A DNA stretch of 64,000 bases, from positions 90,024,001 to 90,088,000 of the forward strand of contig OZ024743.1 in the NCBI GenBank assembly GCA_964016885.1, given 5' to 3'. Source of the DNA: Eledone cirrhosa. Lineage: Eukaryota. This document shows positions 14,542 to 29,859 of this stretch, one piece after another. A model generated the notes under the pieces. It was given only the letters and a program-made list of their open reading frames with translations. It was not told the DNA's origin and ran no database searches. Position 1 is the first letter of the stretch, and the number at the start of each line of letters is the position of its first letter. Both the position numbers and the translations under genes were made by a program.

Positions 14542-14815
14542 ATATATATATATAATATATATATATATATATAATTGTTTCTACTTTAGGCACAAGACCA
14601 GCAATTACCCAGTGCATTACTGGTACTTTATTTTATCGACCCCGTAAGGATGAAAGGCAAAGTCAACCTCGGCGGGATTTGAACTCAGATCGTAAAAGGA
14701 CGTAACTATGCTGGAAAGCATGGCGTCCGACCCTCTACCGATACTGCCAATCCACCGCCCTATATATAATATATATATAATATATATAATATATATATAT
14801 ATTATATATATGTAT

Positions 14816-14850
<35 letters not shown>

Positions 14851-15275
14851 CGTGAGGAGTCGCAACAGCACCGTATTGACATGCAGTGTTCCTAGGGCAT
14901 ATAAAAACCTGTAGGAGCCAAATCGTCTCCAGGTTTGAACACAGAGAAGGATAGAGAGAGTGGGGGAGTGAAAATGAGAAAGAGATATAGAAGAATCGAC
15001 CCTAGTATTTTACTGGTACTTTTTATTTTATCGACATAGAATGGATGAAAAGCAAAGTTGGCCTTGGTGGGATTTGAACTAAGAGAGCAGAAAGACAAAA
15101 GGAATACTGCAAAGCATTCTATCAGATGTTCTAACGACTCTGTCAATTCGCCGCCTTTATATATATGTATATATATATATATATATATATGCGTATGTAT
15201 GTGTGTGTGAGTCTCGGGTTCAATCATGTAGAAGCCATTTCTATATTAAACATGATATATATATATGTGTGTTTG

Positions 15276-15306
<31 letters not shown>

Positions 15307-15331
15307 ATGTGTGTGTGTGTGTATATATATA

Positions 15332-15364
<33 letters not shown>

Positions 15365-15422
15365 GTGTCTATATATATATGTGTGTGTATATATATATAT
15401 GTGGAGGGGGGGGGGGGGTATG

Positions 15423-15459
<37 letters not shown>

Positions 15460-15981
15460 AAAACTCTGCCTTAAACGTGACTTAACACAGGCCTAGTGTT
15501 ATGTTAATGAGAAATCAATTAAATCAGCCACTCATTGATAAATCTATTCAATGGTAGGTACTGATGGTGAAACTACAAGCCACCCACACAGTATTGTTGT
15601 ATAAAATCTACCCGAATCCTAACCAAGCTTATACGGATGGTAGTCCTACTCATTTGGTTTGGCTTTGATCTCACCACCTAATATTTTCCGGTTAATGGAT
15701 GGTTTCAGTTGTAATTTAGTAATGGAGTGTCAAATGTATATCAAAGTAACCACAACAATAGTCGACCATAAAAAATAGATTTTATGTTACCACCACCACC
15801 ACCACCACCACCAGCAGCACCACCATCATCCCACCATTCCCACCACCAACACCATCGTCAATACCACCACCACTACCACTACCACCACCACCACCATCAC
15901 CACCAACACCACTACCACTACCACCCTTACCCTCATCACTAACGCCACCATCACTACCACCACAATCACCACCACTATCAC

Positions 15982-16086
<105 letters not shown>

Positions 16087-16712
16087 AGATATAGATATAT
16101 GTGTACGTGTATATATATATATATATATATATACATGTGTGTGTGTGTGTCTGTTGTTGTTGTTGGGTCGCCGTCGTTTCCGACGACGAGAGCTTCAGTT
16201 GAGTCAATCAACGGAACTGCCTGCGCGTAAAATTAACGTACATGTGGCTGTGCAATCCACATACATGTATATATATATATATATATATGTGTAGGAGGTG
16301 AGTTTTATTGTAGTACAATAAAGCAATGCAGATATCGGATAAGAAGCACTCTACAGTTTGTAGGACTGGAGTATACATAATATATAAGATCAAAAGATGG
16401 TTAAATGAGTTCCATGTATTTTATTATGCGCATTTCAAAAACAAATGATGATATTGCATGATGATATTTGTTTTTGAAATGCGCATAATAAAATACATGG
16501 AACTCATTTAACCATCTTTTGATCTTATATATTATATATATATATATATATATAGTAATAATAATAAATTTGAAGACTAAAATCCAAAGAGGGCTCGATA
16601 AGGATAAATATATATCAAATATATAAGAACCCTAGAGCAAATATTTATTAAAATAACAGATTAATGTTTGTACAAAGAATCACTGCTTTCACCCTTAACG
16701 GGATCTTCTGAA

Positions 16713-16754
<42 letters not shown>

Positions 16755-17019
16755 TAAATCTACCAAGAGTTTACGGTAGTGTCCAATCCGTATGAAGAAC
16801 TCAATATAATCCGGATATCATGGAAAGAAGAGATGCATTCAAAAATCACTTTCGGTGAAAGATAAACGGAATACAGAGTCAAGATAAAATGTTAAAAAAA
16901 TAATGAATAAAACAATGAAACAGTTCCTTATATTAAACAAACAAAAAAAAAAAAAAAAAAAAGAACTTTTTTTGTTTAATATAAGGAACTGTTTCATTGT
17001 TTTATTCATTATTTTTTTA

Positions 17020-17077
<58 letters not shown>

Positions 17078-17079
17078 AT

Positions 17080-17820
17080 GTTGAGCAATGACGTCCGGGA
17101 GAGGGGCACCCTCTTGTTCCCATCACTGTTGCTGGCAAGGACTTGAAGTATGTGAACTCCGTTACTTACCTTAGCAGCAAGGTGAACCGATCTGCATCTC
17201 TCGATGATGAAATCGTCCATCGCATCTCTAAAGCAATTGATATTTTTGGTAAACTACATCGTCATCTATGGGGTATCAGAGGTATATCCCTGAAAATGAA
17301 AGAGTCGTGGAACCTTTATCGCACCCACAGTTATAAGCTTGATGTTTTCCACAAACATTGTCTTCGCTCTATTTGTAGTTATGCACTTTCTGACAGTCTC
17401 CAATGCCGATCTGCTCACGAGGTGCAACATCGGTGGGACTGAGTCATTTCTGATACAATCCCCTCTCAGATGGGCTGGTCATATCTTACGGATGACTGAG
17501 GACCGCATACCCAAGGTACTGTTATACAGTCAACTTCATAAAGTTGCGCGAAATGTAGGTAGGGCAATACTCAGATATAAAGACAAACTGAAGTACAATC
17601 TTAAATCTGTGAACATACCTCTTACCTTTTTTGAAGCCCTAGTTGCTGACCGTGTAAAATGGAGAACTATCTGACATGAAGGTGTAAAGAACTTTGAAAA
17701 ATCTCATCTGGTCCATTTTCGTGATCTAAGATCTAACATCAAGATCCGTTCAAACTTTCCATCCTGCTCTGCTCAAAATCCTATCATCTGCACTAAATAC
17801 GGCTTTGTGTGTAAATCAGA
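17080..17820 (+). mobile_element. RTE-clade LINE 3' fragment
   Basis: LRWAGHILRMTEDRIPKVLLYSQL...GR...RYKDKLKYNLK...DRVKW; frameshifted. Confidence 0.88.
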
Positions 17821-18593
17821 GCGTCGGGCAAAATATATTGCGATATTTGTTCCGGTTTTTTACGCTCTGAGTTCAAATCCCGCCGAGGTTCAATATTGCT
17901 TTTCATGTCTCCAAGGTCGATAAAATAAAGTAGCAGTCAAGTACTGGGATTGGTTTAGTAGACTTTCCACTACAACTCAAATTGCTGATTTTGTGTTTAA
18001 ATACCGGTAGCTTTATTTTTACTTTATTTTGATACATAAGATTAAATAGGAGTACACACAATGGTGGTGCTGCAGCCTGGCCTCAACCTGTCGGCTGGAA
18101 CACGTAATAAAGTAATGTTGTAATACATATAATCAATTAATTTAATTGATTTAAACATAACTTTTATTATGTCAAATATATTTTACAAGAAGTTATACAA
18201 TGATGGAAATGTGAACGAAAGATAAAAAGGTAATTAAGTAATGAACTGAGAGTGGTGAAGGGGTAAAGAAGGGCAGATCTGGCTTTAGAGGAAAGTAGAG
18301 GAAAAGGCTATAAATGCCATAAACGAGAGGAAAAGGAGGGAAAAAAGCAAGGACTATGAGGCCACGGAAGAAAGGGAGGGGGGGGGGGGTGAATGGCTCT
18401 ATGTCTAGGGCGGGGTGGTGTTTATGTATTTATGATATATTTTGTGATGGGCTGTGCCTAGGGCAGGGCGGTGTTTAGGCTGGGCCCCGCGGACAAACAA
18501 AACTGCAAAGGCATTTCCGCGGACATTGGCCAACGACACCCCACCTCGCGGAGCTCCTTCTTCAGACGTGCTGTTGAGGTTCAAACCATTATC

Positions 18594-18626
<33 letters not shown>

Positions 18627-19027
18627 TGATTGTTTTTAAATATAGGTTTATGATTTAGGGCCAGCATTTTGGCGGGACGGGAAAGTCGATTAAATCGACG
18701 CTAGTGCATTACTGGTACTTTATTTTGTCAACCCCGTAAGGATGAAAGGCAATGTTAACCACGGCAGGATTTGAACTCAGATCATAAAGGGCCGTGACTC
18801 TATGCCATAAAGCACGCTGTCCGAGGCTATTGAAAACGAGGAGTCAGAGGATTAAAATAGAGGAAGAAGGAAAAAGGAAATGACGGCCGCCATTGTTTAT
18901 GGAGTTTAAGGATGGAGAAGAACTTCCTCCTCTTCATCACAGATTGTTGTCACGCTTGACTGACTTAGATAAACTCTCTTGCCACTAGCTTCCAATGTAG
19001 CACTGTGATGGCACTGCTTACTGCTCA

Positions 19028-20285
19028 CACATACAGGCAAACACACACACACACACACACACAATATACACACACATACACACATACAGGCAAACAGACA
19101 CAATATACACACATACACACATACAGGCAAACAGACACACACACAATATACACACACATACACACATACAGGCAAACAGATACACAATATACACACATAC
19201 ACACATACAGGCAAACAGACACACACACAATATACACACACATACACACATACAGGCAAACAGACACACAATATACACACATACACACATACAGGCAAAA
19301 AGACACACACACAATATACACACACATACACACATACAGGCAAACAGACACACAATATACACACATACACATATACAGGCAAACAGACACACACACAATA
19401 TACACACACATACACACATACAGGCAAACAGACACACAATACACACACATACACACATACAGGCAAACAGACTCACACACAATATACACACACATACACG
19501 CAAACAGACACACAATACACACACATACAAACATACAGGCAAACAGACACACAATATACACACATACACACATACAGGCAAACAGACACAGACAATATAC
19601 ACACACATACACACATACAGGCAAACAACGCACACACAATATACACACATACAGACAAACAGACGCACACACAATATACACACACATACACACATACAGG
19701 CAAACAGACGCACCCACAATATACACACATACAGACAAACAGACGCACACACAATGTACACATACAGGCAAACAGACGCACACACAATATACACACATAC
19801 ACACATACAGGCAAACACACACACACACAATATATGCACACATACACACAAACAGACTCACACACAATATACACACACACACACATACAGGCAAACAGAC
19901 ACACGCTCACAGACACACACATAGATACACACACACTTACTGACACACGCTCACTGGCACACACACACAACATATACACACGCACATAGATACACACTCA
20001 CTGACACACACAACATGCACACACACACAGGTACACACTCACAGACACACTCACACACAAGCAAACACTCACATACACACACACAAACATTCATAAACAC
20101 GCTCAAACACACAAACACACACCCACACAAACAAACACATACACACTCGCCTACATAAACAAACAAACACACAAACAAACAAACATACACACACACACAC
20201 ACAAACAAACACACACAAACAAACAGACACAAACACACACACAAACATACACACACACACACACTCATACAAACACCCACACATA
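19028..20285. repeat. CA-rich compound minisatellite (about 38-42 bp unit) decaying into (CA)n/(CAAA)n
   Basis: Recurring catacaggcaaacagacacacaatatacacacatacac. Confidence 0.9.
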
Positions 20286-20919
20286 CAAATAATTATTTCT
20301 ACTTTTGGCACAAGACCAGCAATTATCCCAGTGTATTACTGGTACTTTATTTTATCGACCCTGTAAGGATGAAAGGCAAAGTTAACCTCGGTGGGATTTG
20401 AACTCAGACCATAAAGGGCCGTAACTCTTTGCTACAAAGCATGGCGTCCGACCCTCTACCGATATTGCCAGTCCACCGTTTACATCAGTAGCATCACTAT
20501 ATAGCACCTTACTGTCACCAAAAGAAATATGAACACGTTGTGGCTAACATCAACCAGTACATATGTGGTATCGCTGACTATATTACAGCTTAATCCACTG
20601 TAATGTCATGGCCAGTAAAACACTGGGCAGTCATTTTTAACTTCCTAGGTTCTTACTTTCTATTGTCGTCTACTCTCGGGTCCCAAATAATAGGAGTGGG
20701 CTGGATAAACGGGGGTGGGGGAATAAGCGGGGGATGGAATACGTGGGGAGGTTGGAAAATCGGTAATTTTTCTAGATTGTGATGTGGTGGAGGAGGAGTC
20801 TGTTGTATTTACCAATGTGTTTTATAGTCAGGACTACTAACTTCTCTCTAGATACATTATAGACCAATGTTGGTCTATGGAGATTTATTTCATAGTGTTT
20901 CGTTTGTTGTGGAGAATTT

Positions 20920-21365
20920 AAATGTTCTTTTCTGTAGGAAGTTTATCCCTTACATAGGAGGGTTTGAGGACGACCTTCTCAGGAATAATATATACCTGCC
21001 TGAAGTCGACGAGAGGTCAAGGATTCCATGAAGTGGTCGATATTTTAAAACAGGCTTGGGCAGCATTTTCCGAGCAGTGGGTCACTTTAGGATGTGGATC
21101 ATCAAAAGGCGGGACGTGCTATTAAGATATTCAAGGCAATTTGAAGCAGACCCCATAAAATTCAAAAACTCTTTGGACAAATTCTTTCAAGAAATTCCGG
21201 ATAAACCTCCTACACCCTGATATATCTCTGTAAACAATAACTCTCTACTTGAGTGGGCCATGGTGTCCAAATCCTGATTTGAAAGACTTTGCCAGGTGGT
21301 GCTATTAAGTTAGACATAGCCTGGACCAATACAGCCGGATGACTGGAACAGGTAAAAGAGTAAAA
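20920..21365 (+). mobile_element. CR1-like LINE 3' fragment (same family as 13.8 kb)
   Basis: gccaggtggtgctattaagttagacat at about 21291-21317 is the reverse complement of about 13850-13876. Confidence 0.7.
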
Positions 21366-21367
21366 GA

Positions 21368-21421
<54 letters not shown>

Positions 21422-21457
21422 ATATATATATATAAATATATATATATATAAATATGT

Positions 21458-21546
<89 letters not shown>

Positions 21547-21549
21547 AAT

Positions 21550-21598
<49 letters not shown>

Positions 21599-21925
21599 GA
21601 TAAATCTACCAAAAGTTTACGGTAGTGTCCAATCCGTATGAAGAACTCAATGTAATCCGGATATCATGGAAAGAAGAGATGCATTCAAAAATCACTTTCG
21701 GTGAAAAATAAACGGAATACAGAGTCAAGATAAAATATTAAAAAAATAATGAATAAAACAATGAAACAGTTCCTTATATTAAACAAAAAAAGTTCATTAT
21801 TTAACGATCGTTTCTAGGACATATATGTGTTAGAATTGGCATGCATATTCAAAAGATCTATGTACAAAATTATATAAACTATCAAAGAGAATATACATAC
21901 CATCACATATATATGCTGTCATCAG

Positions 21926-22062
21926 ATTATTTCTGATGACAGCATATATATGTGATGGTATGTATATTCTCTTTGATAGTTTGTATAATTTTGTACATAG
22001 ATCTTTTGAATATGCATGCCAATTCTAACACATATATGTCCTAGAAACGATCGTTAAATAAT
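21926..22062 (+). ncRNA. Long-stem-II hammerhead motif (same family as 10.8 kb) inside palindrome about 21731-22129
   Basis: ATTATTT-CTGATGA-CAGCATATATATGTG...CACATATATGTCCTA-GAAA-CGATCG-TT-AAATAAT; perfect 7-bp stem I. Confidence 0.75.
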
Positions 22063-22270
22063 GAACTTTTTTTGTTTAATATAAGGAACTGTTTCATTGT
22101 TTTATTCATTATTTTTTTAAATATTTTATATATATATATATATATATATAAACGTTTGTATATGTATAATAAAGCCAAAAAAACAATGCAGGTATGGACA
22201 TAGAATAAAGAATGCAAATGCAAAAGATATTGTTGACAATTAGTCTTTTACCTTAGATTTATTTAAATGT

Positions 22271-22430
22271 CCTTAATTTTCGAGATAATATCTCTTCTTC
22301 AGAGGGAAGTAAAGCGGTTAAACCAGTGTTCTAAATAGCTTACCAAGTCATGACTTGGTAAGCTATTTAGAACACTTGTTTGAGAGCTTTACTTCCCTCT
22401 GAAGAAGATATATTATCTCGAAAATTAAGG
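22271..22430. ncRNA. Two divergent minimal hammerhead motifs (minus 22271-22305, plus 22396-22430) in palindrome about 22147-22551
   Basis: CCT-CTGAAGA-A-GAGAT(att)ATCTC-GAAA-AT-TA-AGG (minus copy; the plus copy has one stem II mismatch). Stem I is only 3 bp. Confidence 0.55.
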
Positions 22431-22997
22431 ACATTTAAATAAATCTAAGGTAAAAGACTAATTGTCAACAATATCTTTTGCATTTGCATTCTTTATTCTA
22501 TGTCCATACCTGCATTGTTTTGGCTTTATTATACATATACAAACGTTTATACCTCATTACACAATGCTTCAAGTGAACTATAACCTCCTCCATATATATA
22601 TATACATATCTGAAAATGGAGTTCATACAGATTGAATCACAAGAGACATATTCATTAATTATAACAGATGTAATTTTATTCTCTGAAAAAAAAACCAGAC
22701 GCTCAATACAGTGGAAGAGAAGGAATTTAGTGAAGTCCAGAAATATATTGAAAACTAACAAGATTCAAAATCTAACCAATATTTCATGAAACCCCTGTAG
22801 TGGTGTGTGGGGGGTGAAACGTTGATCAAATGAATATACATTATAATGAAGTTAATGGACAGATATTTGTTCATAGTACCTCTCTCTCTCTCCCTCTCTC
22901 TCTCTCTCACTTTCTTTCTAGCTCACACATTCTCTCTTTATATGTCTAACTCTCTTTGTCCTTACTTTCCTTTTCACACTTTATAACATTCATTCTA

Positions 22998-23030
<33 letters not shown>

Positions 23031-23378
23031 TCCTGATGATTTCCTTCGAATGAAGCAGTTCTAGTCCTGTAGAAGCCATATATATATATATATACACAAA
23101 TATATTCACATACATATATACATGCATATATATATATATATATACCTTCCTTGCTCTCTCCCTCTTTCTCTCACTCTCAGTTTCCCTCTTTCTCCTTTCA
23201 AATACTCCCATGTTAAGTTTACCGGAGGGACCACTCATTTATAGTTAATAAAATCATTTCTTAGAAAAAATGAGGTTTTAAAGTAAATTGAAATGATAAA
23301 AATCGAAACATGAAGTTTTAGATAAAAATCACACATACGCACACACACATATATATACACAGACACACATACATACAG

Positions 23379-23453
<75 letters not shown>

Positions 23454-24233
23454 TACACATACACGTTTATACAGAAAGGCTCACATAATTACGCACACAG
23501 CATTATAGTTTATGCATATACTTAATATTACAATGTTCAACCTTTTATGATGTCAATATTAGCAGCTCAAAGAGAAACAAAAACCTTGATCAAGGATATG
23601 ACATTTGTTCTCGAGTCAAATGTACATAAAGTTTTTTTGTTTTTTTTTTAATGGAGAAAAGAAAATGTTTGTTAAATATCTATAATTTCTTAAATATGGC
23701 AAGACAACTGGATGAAAAACGGCAAAAAGAATTTAATGAAGTCTTTAAAAAGACAATATTTACTGAGCAACAAAGAACTAAACAGGAAACGTAGTAGAAT
23801 TTTTACAAATGATCTGGTTATTTCAATTTAAAACAAAATGGTGGCTTATAAATAACACGGCAACTGTTCAATGATTCCTTACACCTTTCAATGGACGAAA
23901 ATTCAATTTCCTGAGAGGTTATGTAGTGCAAAGATCAACATTACAATGGTTAACAGATTTTATAGTAAAACAGGCATCACATGAACACGTTTTAGTCACC
24001 TTCTCAAAAGCTAAACAACAAATATTTAACGATGATCACTTTTGGCTTCATTCTTTCTTGAAAACACTTACACACACCCACACACATAGATATGATCCTG
24101 TGGGTACACAAGTAAAACTCTACAGTAACAAGATTCATCACTCAATCATAATAATGAATATATACATACATATATATATATATATTCATAATCTCTTCAC
24201 GCCGGCGTTTTATTTTTCTTGGTGCAATACTTG

Positions 24234-24275
<42 letters not shown>

Positions 24276-24387
24276 CGAAACTCCGGAGTAACAAAACCTC
24301 ACTACTTAGCCTTAATAACAAGGTGCGGCAGAAAAACGTCCCATATTTTACACGATCAACCGTTAAAATGTGGGGTGTTATTGTCGC

Positions 24388-24436
<49 letters not shown>

Positions 24437-24681
24437 AATGCAATCTGAGTTTTTCGAATATTAATAATAATATTCGATTCGTTTGCAATGATGCAAACAG
24501 CCCCTTTTATAAGCCATGCCAGTAGAATGAGCCCCTCATTCTCGCTCTCGTGTTGGCATACAAACATGGCTTATAAAAGAGGCTGTTTGCATAATTACAT
24601 ACTAATCGAATAGTATTATTAATATTCGAAAAACTCAGATTACATTTATTGTATTCAGCCATGTAGAGCGATAACTACTTG

Positions 24682-24745
<64 letters not shown>

Positions 24746-26974
24746 CTTTGTATAATGTTGTGAGAAATGAACCCGTAACCGTTCCTTTTCGAAGAAAGGA
24801 GTATAAAAGAAGTAACTTCGTCTAGAATCAAATCCGTGTTTAAATTACTGCAAGCTATAATAATGGATGGATTATAAATATGTTTTATGATGTGGTTACT
24901 TGGTAGTGATGAAAGCAAGATGGTGAAGCTCTATATAGTATGGCAGGTCTTTTATATTCATAGCTGTCTTATATGTAAAGGACGGCACAACCATGACAGT
25001 TCTGTACGGCAAACTCTTACTACAAATGTAGTTTCGCTTGATGCCTCATAAGTTTTCCTTTTTTTTTTTTTTTTTTTTTTTTTTGTATTTTACCTGCTGA
25101 GGTAAATTGAGCATTTAGTTACAATATCCCAAGGATGACCAATTCTCTTCATTTGAAGTCCCTGAAGAATTTGAACGAACTTTGAATGAAAGTGGAAACA
25201 ACAAATTATTTGAGTTGGACCGCTGACAGCGAAGTTCTTGTCCTCGCTGGCGGTTCACCTTACTGATGTGGCACGTGATACCTGTGAGGATGCCTGGTTG
25301 TTTCAGCGCCTTAGCGAAGGTAATATTGCGAGCGTGTTGGCTTGCCTCAAAGTGTTCCGTTGACCCTTATGATGTGCGGCCGATTGTCGCACTTGGTGGT
25401 GAATTGATGGTCGTTTTTTTTTTGTTTTTGTTTTCTCTTTTTGTGTATTATATATTTTTGTATATTATATTTGATTTATTTTTGTGTTATATATTTGTGA
25501 GGTTCCTAGCAATAATTAATTGTATGTTTTATATATATTTATATTTTCATTCTGTAAGGAGTTGTAACTATATTTATATAACTGTGAATAATAAATATAA
25601 AAGTTTACCTATTACTTGAGCGTAGTTTCTATTCCTGAATATTTCTGTGTTTTACTGAATGTAAACCCACAAAAGTAGTTTTTCATTTAGACAGAAATAC
25701 AATGCCAACATTTTCAGGATTGTTCCTGTGTTGTATTTGGTTGTTGCTTTTGTTGTTGTTTGCAGTAAAATTAGAAATGAATGTGATACGTGAATAAGAT
25801 CAGTTATTTACGGGTGGAATCAAGGTTTTCTTGTTACGTCATAACTTGTGGGAGAAATTCTAATTGCTCTTCAAATAACTTACATTCTCTTTTTCTTTTT
25901 TCTTGTTTGTTCTGCTATGTTTGTAGCCGTTCGTTCGTCCGTGCACGTTTTCTCTTGATTTTTGTTGTTACACAATCGTTCCAAACCAACAATATATACG
26001 TGTTGCTTCTCCTCGCCGGATACACTCAGTCATATGAATAAAAATAACGAAGTGGATGAAATTGAAACGGAATCAGTGGTGAAAGAATGAATGTATTAAA
26101 TGATGGTTCAGCAATCAAATATAAAATAATGAAGAAAAAAAAACACTGTTAATGCGTTCGGGGTAGTTTTAGACAACTTTCCATCGGAGTCAATGCTGGA
26201 AATAACCAGTGGAAGATAAAACGATTTAGTCGAAGCTCGTTTGTTTCATTTCAATGAGCGCCATCTTGTTACTGGGTTCATGGAATAAAAATGATCTGTA
26301 AAAACAAAAATAGAATAATCAATAAAGAAAATATGAAAATAGAAATTGATTTAGTATTGGTTTCGGATTTAGGCACAAGCTCAACAATTTTCGGAGAGGA
26401 GAAAGTCGAATAAATCGAAACCACTGTAGTACTTTATTTTATCAACCCCATAAGGATGAAAGGTAAAGCTAACTTTAGCGAGATTTAAACACAGAACGTA
26501 AAGGGCCGTGACTATGCTGCAAAGCATGGCGTCCGACGCTCTACCAATACTGCTAATCCACCGTCCTTTCAAATAATAATAATTGTTTCTACTTTTGGCA
26601 CAAGGCCAGCAATTATCCCAGTGTATTACTGGTACTTTATTTTATCGACCTCTGTAAGGATGAAAGGCAAAGTTAACCTCGGCGGGATTTGAACCCAGAC
26701 CGTAAAGGGCCGTAACTCTTTGCTGCAAAGCATGGCGTCCGACCCTCTGCCAATACTGCCAAGCCACCGCCCCTTAAGGATATTAATGATAATATACAAA
26801 TTATTAAAGACCACCTGGATATTAGGTTGACACTGTTTGCAGTTTTAATAGTTAAATTCCTTGAAATAAGAGAGAATCTCATAGCTCTGGCTTATAGTTA
26901 CTGATCTGCTGACGTCGTTGTTGACAAAGTAATGTGTTTAAACAGGGTGACATTTTGGTGACAAGGGGAACACA

Positions 26975-27257
26975 TACTACTACTACTACTACTACCTCCA
27001 CTATCATCACCACTACTACTACAACTGCTACTACTGTCACCACCACCACCACTACTACTACTACTACCTCCACTATCATCACCACTACTACTACAACTGC
27101 TACTACTGTCACCACCACCACCACTACTACTACTACCTCCACTATCATCACCACTACTACTACAACTGCTACTACTGTCACCACCACCACCACTACTACT
27201 ACTACTACTACCTCCACTATCATCACCACTACTACTACAACTGCTACTACTGTCACC

Positions 27258-27289
<32 letters not shown>

Positions 27290-27845
27290 CTCCACTATCA
27301 TCACCACTACTACTACAACTGCTACTACTGTCACCACCACCACCACTACTACTACTACTACTACCTCCACTATCATCACCACTACTACTACAACTGCTAC
27401 TACTGTCACCACCACCACCACTACTACTACTACCTCCACTATCATCACCACTACTACTACAACTGCTACTACTGTCACCACCACCACCACTACTACTACT
27501 ACTACTACCTCCACTATCATCACCACTACTACTACAACTGCTACTACTGTCACCACCACCACCACTACTACTACTACTACTACCTCCACTATCATCACCA
27601 CTACTACTACAACTGCTACTACTGTCACCACCACCACCACTACTACTACTACCTCCACTATCATCACCACTACTACTACAACTGCTACTACTGTCACCAC
27701 CACCACCACTACTACTACTACTACCTCCACTATCATCACCACTACTACTACAACTGCTACTACTGTCACCACCACCACCACTACTACTACTACTACTACC
27801 TCCACTATCATCACCACTACTACTACAACTGCTACTACTGTCACC

Positions 27846-27877
<32 letters not shown>

Positions 27878-27998
27878 CTCCACTATCATCACCACTACTA
27901 CTACAACTGCTACTACTGTCACCACCACCACCACTACTACTACTACTACTACCTCCACTATCATCACCACTACTACTACAACTGCTACTACTGTCACC

Positions 27999-28030
<32 letters not shown>

Positions 28031-28151
28031 CTCCACTATCATCACCACTACTACTACAACTGCTACTACTGTCACCACCACCACCACTACTACTACTACT
28101 ACTACCTCCACTATCATCACCACTACTACTACAACTGCTACTACTGTCACC

Positions 28152-28183
<32 letters not shown>

Positions 28184-28298
28184 CTCCACTATCATCACCA
28201 CTACTACTACAACTGCTACTACTGTCACCACCACCACCACTACTACTACTACCTCCACTATCATCACCACTACTACTACAACTGCTACTACTGTCACC

Positions 28299-28330
<32 letters not shown>

Positions 28331-28445
28331 CTCCACTATCATCACCACTACTACTACAACTGCTACTACTGTCACCACCACCACCACTACTACTACTACC
28401 TCCACTATCATCACCACTACTACTACAACTGCTACTACTGTCACC

Positions 28446-28480
<35 letters not shown>

Positions 28481-28526
28481 CTCCACTATCATCACCACTA
28501 CTACTACAACTGCTACTACTGTCACC

Positions 28527-28558
<32 letters not shown>

Positions 28559-28679
28559 CTCCACTATCATCACCACTACTACTACAACTGCTACTACTGT
28601 CACCACCACCACCACTACTACTACTACTACTACCTCCACTATCATCACCACTACTACTACAACTGCTACTACTGTCACC

Positions 28680-28717
<38 letters not shown>

Positions 28718-28838
28718 CTCCACTATCATCACCACTACTACTACAACTGCTACTACTGTCACCACCACCACCACTACTACTACTACTACTACCTCCACTA
28801 TCATCACCACTACTACTACAACTGCTACTACTGTCACC

Positions 28839-28876
<38 letters not shown>

Positions 28877-28922
28877 CTCCACTATCATCACCACTACTAC
28901 TACAACTGCTACTACTGTCACC

Positions 28923-28960
<38 letters not shown>

Positions 28961-29081
28961 CTCCACTATCATCACCACTACTACTACAACTGCTACTACT
29001 GTCACCACCACCACCACTACTACTACTACTACTACCTCCACTATCATCACCACTACTACTACAACTGCTACTACTGTCACC

Positions 29082-29119
<38 letters not shown>

Positions 29120-29258
29120 CTCCACTATCATCACCACTACTACTACAACTGCTACTACTGTCACCACCACCACCACTACTACTACTACTACTACCTCCAC
29201 TATCATCACCACCACTACTACAACTGCTACTACTGTCACCACCACCACTACTACTACT
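26975..29258. repeat. Triplet-built minisatellite, about 51-66 bp unit
   Basis: Invariant ACCTCCACTATCATCACCACTACTACTACAACTGCTACTACTGTC(ACC)4 followed by variable (ACT)n, roughly 38 copies. Confidence 0.95.
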
Positions 29259-29411
29259 TCTGATTTACATTCCAATTAGAAGCATCAGGTATAAATAAAT
29301 ACTCTCGGGGGGTATAAACAAATATATATAAAAACTAGACATCCTAAAAGAACAACAAAATATGAAATTAAACATAGTTTAGTCTGTTTGTTTGTGTATA
29401 TATATATAACG

Positions 29412-29475
<64 letters not shown>

Positions 29476-29683
29476 TTTCTGAATTTGTTTAGCAAAATTC
29501 TTTATCTGAAAACGTGTGTTGAAACCGATATTGTAATATTTTGGGAGGGTCATGTTGCCAATAAGAAACACACGCACCAGTTGATTTCACTCCAATTTAT
29601 TATAAATTAAATTTATAATTTTAAGAATTTATAAATTTCCGGTTGGTTGGTTGGTTCCATAACCGGACGGTTGTTCATATATT

Positions 29684-29726
29684 GTCAAAGTTCTTTCGTC
29701 ACACATTCTGTGACATCTTCAGTGAC
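29684..29726 (-). ncRNA. Minimal hammerhead motif in an inverted segment upstream of the Penelope ORF remnant
   Basis: GTCA-CTGAAGA-T-GTCACA(gaatg)TGTGAC-GAAA-GAAC-TT-TGAC. Confidence 0.72.
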
Positions 29727-29859
29727 TGGGGATTCTTTTCTTTGTGTTTGTGCCTCTCCTTGAACACAAGCGCAAACTAAGCACGCAACACACACAAAAA
29801 CAAGATGGCGTAGGACAGAACAAAGGAGAGACACAAAAAACAAAGAAAAGAATCTTGAA

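Noticed and set aside
26815-26905. Possible further minus-strand exon
   Set aside because: Weak donor (gtggtc) and no frame link to the anoctamin CDS.
26879-29279. 781-aa mucin-like and 798-aa poly-Val ORFs as genes
   Set aside because: Triplet minisatellite; the plus frame starts at GTG and has no signal peptide or unique domains.
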